Shown: positions 56,109 to 64,000 of the stretch, in pieces | Layout of the letters: the number at the start of each line of letters is the position of its first letter | How positions within the stretch are numbered: the first letter of the stretch is position 1 | Source: Candidatus Sungiibacteriota bacterium | GTDB lineage: Bacteria; Patescibacteriota; Minisyncoccia; Sungbacterales; HO2-52-23 | DNA: 64,000 nt | Assembly (NCBI GenBank): GCA_016180435.1 | Contig: JACPBG010000003.1 | Location: 77,791 to 141,790 of the forward strand | Reading direction: 5' to 3' | Made by a program: the position numbers and the translations under genes | Notes under the pieces: model-generated | Seen by the model: the letters and a program-made list of their open reading frames with translations, nothing else | Databases searched by the model: none | What the model was told of the DNA's origin: nothing

Positions 56109-56543
56109 ATGGAAAAAATAATTGTCTATACCGATGGCGGCGCCCGGGGAAATCCTGGTCCGGCGGCTATCGGGGTTGTTATTAAGGATTTAAATGGCCA
56201 TACTATTAAAAGTTATGGCGAAGCAATTGGGAATACGACTAATAATGAAGCGGAATACCGGGCGGTGGTTTTGGCATTGCAGAAACTTAAACTTATTTTT
56301 GGCGGAAAGAAAACAGAAAAACTATCGGTAGAGTTTCGAATGGACAGCGAACTGGTGGCGTGCCAGCTTAAGGGAGAATATAAGATTGAAGAAGAGCGCC
56401 TGTTTCCGCACTTCATAAAAATATGGAATCTAAAGATGGATTTTCGCGAAATTGTATTTAATCACATCCCCCGGGAAAAAAATAAAGAGGCAGACCGGTT
56501 AGTGAATGAGGCGCTGGATAAAGAGCAGGAAAAATTATTTTAA
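56109..56543 (+). CDS. rnhA: ribonuclease HI family protein
   Basis: YTDGGARGNPG, TNNEAEY, DSELV, REKNKEAD. Confidence 0.95.
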   Translation: MEKIIVYTDGGARGNPGPAAIGVVIKDLNGHTIKSYGEAIGNTTNNEAEYRAVVLALQKLKLIFGGKKTEKLSVEFRMDSELVACQLKGEYKIEEERLFPHFIKIWNLKMDFREIVFNHIPREKNKEADRLVNEALDKEQEKLF

Positions 56544-56573
56544 CAAAAACCCGCGTAGGCGGATTTTTGTTAT

Positions 56574-57092
56574 CCTTGATGCATCTATAAGCCGAATTCT
56601 GTTCCGCATTTTTTTATATTTTTGCGGAGATGATCATTTATCTAGGCCAAAGATTTCTCATTTGGCTCAAGCGGATTTTCCGCAATTGCGGATTACCTTG
56701 CACCGGATAGGAGTTTTTCACCGCGTATTGTTGCCAGTACGCGCTGTGAGCTTTTACTTTTACCTCGCCGAAGCGAAGCTTATCCCGCGCGAAGGCGGGC
56801 TCACTCTTTTCACCCTTACCTCCTCCACCATAAAAACCTTTAGAGTTTTTTTGATGACGATCGGCGGTATTGTTTCTGTGACACTTTCCCGGTCATGGCG
56901 GCCGTTAGCCGCTATCTCTAACGCTGCATAGCAGCGTAGAACTTAGAACCAAGATCTTAGAACTTAGAAAAACGACTAAGATCTAAGTTCTAATACTCTA
57001 AGTTCTGCGTTGCTATGCAACGCTGGTGTTCGGACTTTCCTCCCCCCAGTAATGTTTTGCATTAATGGGAGCGATCATCCAATGCATCAAGG
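56574..57092 (-). ncRNA. rnpB: RNase P RNA (class A) with repeat-derived insertions
   Basis: Minus strand GAGGAAAGTCCGAACACC, AGTGTCACAGAAAC, GGTAAGGGTGAAA, CCGCTTGAG, TAGATAAATGATC, ACAGAATTCGGCTTA; P1 ccttgatgcat/atgcatcaagg. Confidence 0.93.
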
Positions 57093-57102
57093 TACGTTTA
57101 TA

Positions 57103-57131
57103 ATAATACTCCTAAAAAATTAAAATGTCAA
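57103..57131 (-). promoter_or_regulatory. rnpB promoter
   Basis: TTGACA-17nt-TATTAT on the minus strand. Confidence 0.7.
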
Positions 57132-57234
57132 CCCCGTTAGAGAGAAACAGGGATTCTCATTTATTTTCAAATATCTCTGTGTTTATAAAAACCTTTTGTG
57201 TGCAAATCACCGTGTTTGTTTCTTTCTAACGGGG
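57132..57234. mobile_element. MITE family B with TCAA direct repeats abutting the rnpB -35 box
   Basis: tcaa-ccccgttaga...tctaacgggg-tcaa. Confidence 0.85.
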
Positions 57235-57346
57235 TCAAATAAAAATCGTCCTGATTAGTTCGGGACGATTTCAGTATAAAATCTCCATCAAGCGAGCCCG
57301 ATATGCGTTTCTACGAAATTAGTGGAGGCGAAAATTCCAAGGGCGA

Positions 57347-57472
57347 GGTAATGCTGTTTTGAGACAATGGGAGGCGAGATTTGCTTGGTTCCGACGTCAG
57401 TCGGAAAATTTCGTCGACCCTTAGCGAGCGCGCCGCCGGAGCGCGCGAGTCGTGTCTCAAAACAGCATTGCC
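57347..57472 (-). repeat. family G element (diverged)
   Basis: ggtaatgctgttttgagac-aatgggagg...gcttgg...gccgccggagcg...gtctcaaaacagcattgcc. Confidence 0.75.
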
Positions 57473-57533
57473 GAGTAAGTATTATTTGTCTCTGCCGTAA
57501 CTTTTGAGTGGAGCGTGTATCGGGCAAGCGATT

Positions 57534-57758
57534 TTATACCACCATTGATATATCTATTTTTTTTCCGCTACGGCGGTTTTTTGAATTTTCTATTTTACGC
57601 AAGAAAAGTTCAATTTGATCCAGGCGATAAACCCGGTAATTATTTACCGGATTGCGATATGCGGAAAGCGTCCCTTTCTTGTCCCAATTGCGGAGTGTCA
57701 AGGGGGTGACACTTAAAATTTCGGCGGCTTGCTGTATGGTAAGGTATTTTTTCTCCAT
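57534..57758 (-). CDS. MerR-type HTH DNA-binding protein
   Basis: LTIQQAAEILSVTPLTLRNWDKKG.L...RNPVNNYRVY. Confidence 0.9.
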   Translation of the reverse strand: MEKKYLTIQQAAEILSVTPLTLRNWDKKGTLSAYRNPVNNYRVYRLDQIELFLRKIENSKNRRSGKKIDISMVV

Positions 57759-58172
57759 ATTATAACATATATAAACCTTAATAATTTATCGCATAGTACT
57801 ATTAAAGTTTATCAAATGATACATATCATTATCAATGCGTTTTTTATCCTGTATTTATTTTGTTCTATCGCGGTTGTATCGTCAACGCGGGGTTATCCAC
57901 ATTTATCTCAATAAATATCAACATGTCATGCTAAACTTAATAATAGGTTATCCCCAGCATCCGATATGCTATTGGATGCATCCGATACCGCACAAGTATT
58001 AAAAAAATCGGGCGAAAATTTTTACAAGACCGTTGATTGGTTATCAAAAATATTTTGTTTTAGCGGAGCAAAATGTAATCGAGAACAAATTCGGGCGGAT
58101 AAAAAAATTTTCCTGTCGGTCGGCAAGTAGATCGACTTCGCCCAGCCGAGTGCGGTTTTACCCGGAGAATAA

Positions 58173-59513
<1,341 letters not shown>

Positions 59514-59666
59514 GCAGTGATGCCAATCCGATGCGAATTTAATGCCAATCTGGCGAATTGCGAATAATTATTCTTCGAGTGAAATCGAGAAGATACCTTA
59601 AATGTATATTCTCGACCCGCTTCGCTCTCGCTACAGCGAGGCGAGCAGGCTTGTAGATTGGCATCA
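59514..59666 (+). repeat. family A hairpin with a nested GC-rich insertion
   Basis: gcagtgatgccaatc...gattggcatca. Confidence 0.9.
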
Positions 59667-59671
59667 CACCT

Positions 59672-60397
59672 ATGTTTTTCGAAACCCCATCATTCATCGT
59701 TTCCCCCTATCTTTTTATTTTAGTAATTTTGGTAAACATTGGTTTGCTTTCGTTTTTGATTTTATGGGGAACCAGATTTTTCAGGCGGACTTTCCAGTCC
59801 CGGGATCAGGCGCGTTTGCGCCTGGAGCGCGCGGAGCGCGAGGCGGAGGAAATTGTAAACCGGGCCCGCCAAGAGTCGCTTGCCATAATCGGAAAGGCCC
59901 ATGAGTCATCTGCCGAAATTATGAAGGAGGCCGCCGTGTCGCGTGGGGATTTTCAAAAAGAATTTGAAAAAGTCATGAGGGAATTTTCGAGGGGAGAAAC
60001 CGAGCGGCTTTTGAAAATATCCGAAGGATTTTTGAAATCGTATCAGGCCTACACCGAGGAGGCGCGCAAGACCTATCTGAAAAATCTGGACGCGCTTTAT
60101 CAGCATTTAACTGATCGCGCGCGGGAAGGCGCGGGGCGATTTGAAAAATTCATGCAGGATGAAGTCGGGCAGTTTGAGGGCATTGCCAAATCCCAGTTTG
60201 AGCGCCTGCAATCCAGCGTGGTCCTGGAGGTAGAAGCATATAAACAGGATTTGATAAAACGCGTGGAGCGCTCCATATTTCGCATTATTTATCTTGTTTC
60301 AACCAATGTTTTGGGTAAAACCATTGATTTGGAGGGTCATCGGGAGCTGGTTTTGAAAGCGTTGGAAGAAGCCAAGCGGGAAGGATTCTTTGATTAA
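59672..60397 (+). CDS. atpF: ATP synthase subunit b-like protein (long coiled coil)
   Basis: N-terminal TM then A..EAEEIV..AR.ES coiled coil, VLGKTID...H..LV..AL; position before delta/alpha. Confidence 0.65.
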   Translation: MFFETPSFIVSPYLFILVILVNIGLLSFLILWGTRFFRRTFQSRDQARLRLERAEREAEEIVNRARQESLAIIGKAHESSAEIMKEAAVSRGDFQKEFEKVMREFSRGETERLLKISEGFLKSYQAYTEEARKTYLKNLDALYQHLTDRAREGAGRFEKFMQDEVGQFEGIAKSQFERLQSSVVLEVEAYKQDLIKRVERSIFRIIYLVSTNVLGKTIDLEGHRELVLKALEEAKREGFFD

Positions 60398-60404
60398 ATC
60401 CTGT

Positions 60405-60496
60405 ACACGAATCCACTAATGAGCACACTAATCCACAAATAACTAAAAAGTATTCATGATTCGTGGATTAGGGTAAACATTCGTTGATTAGTGTGT
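60405..60496. repeat. family D hairpin
   Basis: acacgaatccactaatg...cattcgttgattagtgtgt. Confidence 0.85.
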
Positions 60497-60505
60497 TTAA
60501 TTGTT

Positions 60506-61030
60506 ATGCAAGAAAAAAATTCTATCAATGAAATAATCAAACAGATTCGGACGCAGGAAGACGCAGGTGCGTTTAGCGAAGGCGCGGATATTTTGGAGGA
60601 AGGGATATATTATCGTGATCCTTCGGCGTTGCGCGATAAATTGCGAAGCCGCCTGCCGCAAAGGATTGATCTTGCGTTAGGGGGCGAGGCGGACAAATTT
60701 TTGTCTAAAAAGGATGCGGACGGCTTAAGATCGTTCATAGCGTCTCTCCGCGGGGCCATCAAGAATTTGCGGATTTTGCGTCTTGAGCTTGCGTTTGATC
60801 CGACCGGAGAAACAATCGATTACATAAGTTCATGGGTAAAACGCGAGATAGGGCCGGATATGATTTTGGACTTAGGGCGCGACCTCTCGATTCGCGGCGG
60901 CGCGCGCATCATATTTCACGGAAAATTGGTGGAAAAAAGCCTGGGAACGATGATCGCATCCTGGATTGAGCGCGACAGAGAAAAAATAAAAGAGTCGTTG
61001 CGGCACGCCGTAACCGTGAGAAACCAGTAA
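60506..61030 (+). CDS. atpH: ATP synthase delta-like subunit
   Basis: LAFDP, DLSIRGGARIIFHGKLVEKSL resembles the delta C-terminal D..I.GG..I.....D.S motif. Confidence 0.7.
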   Translation: MQEKNSINEIIKQIRTQEDAGAFSEGADILEEGIYYRDPSALRDKLRSRLPQRIDLALGGEADKFLSKKDADGLRSFIASLRGAIKNLRILRLELAFDPTGETIDYISSWVKREIGPDMILDLGRDLSIRGGARIIFHGKLVEKSLGTMIASWIERDREKIKESLRHAVTVRNQ

Positions 61031-61032
61031 AC

Positions 61033-61110
61033 GAGAACTTAGAACCAAGAACTAAGAACTTAGAAAATTAAACTACTCGCTAAGTTCTAAGATCTATATG
61101 CTAAGTTCTT
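61033..61110. repeat. family F hairpin
   Basis: gagaacttagaaccaagaact...ctaagttctt. Confidence 0.85.
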
Positions 61111-61123
61111 TTGCGAAGCAAAC

Positions 61124-62602
61124 GTGGAGGATTTCAATTTCTATCTCAATCGTATCGGTGAAATCGGCTTTGTAAAAAAAGTCGTGCCGCCGATCATATA
61201 TGCCGAGGGTTTGCCGGGCGCCACGCCGGAAGAGGTTGTTTTAACCGAATCCGGCGAGATCTCCACCGTTACCGCCATACGTGAGGATGCGGTGGAGCTT
61301 TTAAGTTTTTCACGAACGCCTTTACGGGTGGGCACGCGCTTGGCGCGAAGCGCTGCGCGCTTTGAAATTCCCCTGGGTCCCGAACTTCTGGGGTCAATTA
61401 TTGACCCCCTGGGGCATTCGCTTGATCCATCGCATCCCCTGCCGCTTCGCGGCGAGCGCCGTCCGGTGGATATTGTTCCATCCGGAATCCAGTCGCGGGC
61501 GCGCATACGCCGGCCGTGCGAAACCGGCAGCACCGCCATTGATCTTATGATCCCTTTGGGAAAGGGCCAGCGGGAACTTGTGATCGGCGATCAAAAAACC
61601 GGGAAATCAAGATTTCTTTTGCGCTCGTTACTCACGCAGGTTCGTCAGGGCGCGATTGGAGTATATGCGGCTATTGGGAAACCGCAAATCACGGTCAAAC
61701 AAGTTGAGGGGTTTTTGCGGGAGAATAAGATATTTGAAAAAGCAGTTATGGTTGTTTCCGAATCGGACGATCCGGCAAGTTTGGCGTACCTGACGCCTTA
61801 TGTCGCCATGACCATTGCGGAGTATTTTCGGGATGCGGGGAATGATGTTTTTCTTGTGCTGGACGATTTGTCTCTTCACGCCAAGGCCTATCGCGAGATT
61901 TCTCTTCTGGGGCGCAGATATCCCGGCAGAAATTCATATCCGGGCGATATATTTTACGCGCATGCGCGTTTGCTTGAGCGTGCCGGAAATTTTAAGCACG
62001 CGCGCGGTGAGCGGGCGATAACCTGCCTTCCGGTGATTGAAACCGTGGAGGGGGATTTGACCGGGTACATTCAAACTAACCTCATGTCTATGACCGATGG
62101 CCATCTTTTTTTCGATCACCGCCTATTTGTGGAAGGGCGGCGGCCAGCCGTGGATCCATTTTTATCGGTAACCCGCGTGGGGCATCAGGTACAATCCGCA
62201 TTGAAACTTGAAATCGGCCGGGCGCTTATATCATTTTTGCGCGAGGCCAATGCGCTGCATAATTTTGCGAGTTTCGGCGCAGAGCTCGGGGAGCATGTCA
62301 GAAAAATTTTTGCCAAAGAAGAACGCGTTATGCAGTTTCTCGATCAGACCGTATACGATTCTCTCGCATCCAATTTGCAGCTTCTGTTATTCGGCATGGC
62401 TTGGGGCGATATGTGGGAAAATATGTCTTCCCTGGAGATGCGTTCCACAATTCAGAAAAACGTTTTTTTACATGAGACCAACCGGGATTTTCGTAATCGC
62501 GTTGAGCAGGTAATCGGCGGCGCAAATAGCCTGCCGGCGCTCTTGGAAAGAGTAAGGGATTTTGGCGTATCGGTCTCGCCAGTAGAGGCTAAACCTCGAT
62601 AG
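61124..62602 (+). CDS. atpA: F-type ATPase alpha subunit (divergent)
   Basis: IPLGKGQRELVIGDQKTGKS, DDLS.HA.AYREISLL, PGDIFY.HARLLERAG, TNLMSMTDG. Confidence 0.93.
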   Translation: MEDFNFYLNRIGEIGFVKKVVPPIIYAEGLPGATPEEVVLTESGEISTVTAIREDAVELLSFSRTPLRVGTRLARSAARFEIPLGPELLGSIIDPLGHSLDPSHPLPLRGERRPVDIVPSGIQSRARIRRPCETGSTAIDLMIPLGKGQRELVIGDQKTGKSRFLLRSLLTQVRQGAIGVYAAIGKPQITVKQVEGFLRENKIFEKAVMVVSESDDPASLAYLTPYVAMTIAEYFRDAGNDVFLVLDDLSLHAKAYREISLLGRRYPGRNSYPGDIFYAHARLLERAGNFKHARGERAITCLPVIETVEGDLTGYIQTNLMSMTDGHLFFDHRLFVEGRRPAVDPFLSVTRVGHQVQSALKLEIGRALISFLREANALHNFASFGAELGEHVRKIFAKEERVMQFLDQTVYDSLASNLQLLLFGMAWGDMWENMSSLEMRSTIQKNVFLHETNRDFRNRVEQVIGGANSLPALLERVRDFGVSVSPVEAKPR

Positions 62603-62624
62603 TTTACTATCGAGGTTTAGCCTC
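62585..62624. repeat. 18-bp perfect hairpin overlapping the atpA stop
   Basis: gaggctaaacctcgatag-ttta-ctatcgaggtttagcctc. Confidence 0.85.
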
Positions 62625-62639
62625 AATGGCACAAACCGC

Positions 62640-63527
62640 ATGATTCGAAGAAACATTTTTGAAGAAACAGAGCGTCTTTCAGTACTTCGTATTCTTATCG
62701 AAACGTATGAGGGCATTGCCGCCATGACCATACGCCGAATTCGAAATTCAGTTCTGCAAAACCGCGAATTTTATGCCGGCCTGTCTGATCTTTTTGCCGA
62801 AATAAAATCAGCTTACGCAAAAGATCTGCGCTCCCTTATGGTCAAGCGGGGAATAAAACAGGCGTTGGCCGACGGAGCTAAAGCCAAATCTTTATCGCTG
62901 ATCCGGAGAAACGGCAAAACCGTTTATGTCCTGCTTTCGTCTAACACCGGACTTTACGGGGAAATTATCGGCAAGACATTCGCTTTATTTGTTAAGAACA
63001 TCCGCTGGAGCGATGCGGATTGCGTGATAGTCGGCAGGGTGGGCAGGATGTTATTTGAATCCGCCATGCCGCAAAAGAAATTTTCGTATTTTGATTTTCC
63101 CGACACCCATGTTTCGCGCGCCGATTTGGAGGAAATTACAAAATTTCTCCATCAGTATGAGAATGTCGTGGTATTTCACGGAGCATTTCGCAGTTTTATT
63201 GATCAGCATCCGGCATTATCGCGTGTTTCGGGGGACGAGCGTCTGTTGGGGGAAGAGGCTTCGGGGTCGGTGTCCTACATCTTTGAGCCATCGCTTGAGG
63301 ATATAATGGTTTTTTTCGAAAGTGAGATTTTTGCATCGCTTCTGGGGCAGGTTTTTTATGAGTCGCGTCTTGCTAAAGTGGCAAGCCGTTTAATGGTACT
63401 TGATCGCGCATCCACAAATGTTGATGATGCCTTGCGCCGCTCGTTTTTTAAGCAGCGTCAAGCCGGACATCAGCTTTCCAATAAAAAGCAGATAAATGCC
63501 ATGAGCGGCGTAGCTCTTTGGGGGTAA
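62640..63527 (+). CDS. atpG: F-type ATPase gamma subunit (divergent)
   Basis: LSSNTGLYG, VGRVG, YIFEPS, ES......SR...D.A..N. Confidence 0.85.
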   Translation: MIRRNIFEETERLSVLRILIETYEGIAAMTIRRIRNSVLQNREFYAGLSDLFAEIKSAYAKDLRSLMVKRGIKQALADGAKAKSLSLIRRNGKTVYVLLSSNTGLYGEIIGKTFALFVKNIRWSDADCVIVGRVGRMLFESAMPQKKFSYFDFPDTHVSRADLEEITKFLHQYENVVVFHGAFRSFIDQHPALSRVSGDERLLGEEASGSVSYIFEPSLEDIMVFFESEIFASLLGQVFYESRLAKVASRLMVLDRASTNVDDALRRSFFKQRQAGHQLSNKKQINAMSGVALWG

Positions 63528-63634
63528 CATCAGCGAATAACGAATCCTTCGCGAATTTACGAATACTGGAATTCGTAATTCGTATATTCGTACGAGATTC
63601 GTTATTCGACGATGTTTTACCGTTATTCGTTGAT
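63528..63634. repeat. family C2 hairpin
   Basis: catcagcgaataacgaat...attcgttattcgacgatg plus an extra right arm. Confidence 0.85.
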
Positions 63635-63649
63635 AAATTTAATCATGAA

Positions 63650-63749
63650 TCCCGTTAGAAGTTTATGTCTAAATATTTCACGGGATTGGTTAATAGTCAA
63701 AGTTCTCAATTTCAAATTTGATTTTGGAGTTAAAGGACTTCTAACGGGA
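63650..63749. mobile_element. MITE family B inserted at the atpD start codon
   Basis: tgaa-tcccgttagaag...cttctaacggga-tgaa; ATGAAT present on both sides. Confidence 0.85.
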
Positions 63750-64000
63750 TGAATACAAATTACGGGACAATTATAGGCGTTGAGGGGCAGATCGCGGAAG
63801 TCGAATTTTTGACTGCCAAGCCGTCTTTGCATGACATTCTGGTTTTGGAGGACGATCCCTCGGTTCGTCTGGAAGTCCGCGTTTCATCCCGCGAAGATGC
63901 TTATTTTTGTTTTGTATTCGGATCTTCTTTAAAGTTGCGCCGCGGCGCGCGAGCCCTTAATTCCGGAGAGCAGTTGTCCATTCCGGTGGGGCGCGGCTTT
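63749..64000 (+). CDS. atpD: F-type ATPase beta subunit, N-terminus (runs off window)
   Basis: MNTNYGTIIGVEGQIAEVEF...RLEV...LRRGARALNSGEQLSIPVG; follows atpG. Confidence 0.8.
   Translation, partial: MNTNYGTIIGVEGQIAEVEFLTAKPSLHDILVLEDDPSVRLEVRVSSREDAYFCFVFGSSLKLRRGARALNSGEQLSIPVGRGF

Noticed and set aside
57890-57960. DnaA-box-like TTATCCACA/TTATCCCCA motifs as oriC (also near 8005, 9814, 10122)
   Set aside because: Only scattered single boxes, with no dnaA/dnaN nearby or a clear box cluster
62626-62643. Upstream ATG (MAQTA*) as a frameshifted atpG start
   Set aside because: An in-frame ATG at 62640 gives a full-length gamma-like protein, so no frameshift is needed

Overview
This is a 64 kb core-genome region of a small-genome bacterium, most likely Patescibacteria/CPR of the Parcubacteria type. 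The inference rests on the missing rpmD, the split comEC, weak or absent Shine-Dalgarno sites and the typical CPR gene neighbourhoods. It carries lepB, a degenerate hisS paralog, ftsAZ, comEC, pilB, purM, pepA, the str-S10-spc ribosomal superoperon through secY-adk-map, sugar and glycolysis genes, rnhA, RNase P RNA, two tRNAs, two TA pairs and the start of an atypical F-type ATPase cluster. Four features stand out. (1) Almost every intra-operon spacer is filled from stop to start by a palindromic element from about 8 sequence families. Two of these carry a GxxExxY nuclease gene between their arms, and fragments have entered EF-G, MAP, L3 and RNase P RNA. (2) A ~100 bp MITE with 4-bp direct repeats often sits against -35 boxes. 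(3) A tRNA with a serine-type body but a UCU (Arg) anticodon is flanked by two unidentified structured RNAs. (4) An F-ATPase cluster lacks subunit a within the window, and its only c-like segment lacks the ion-carrying carboxylate and is fused to a large HTH/membrane/beta-domain protein. All calls were made by eye; no searches or folding programs were run.
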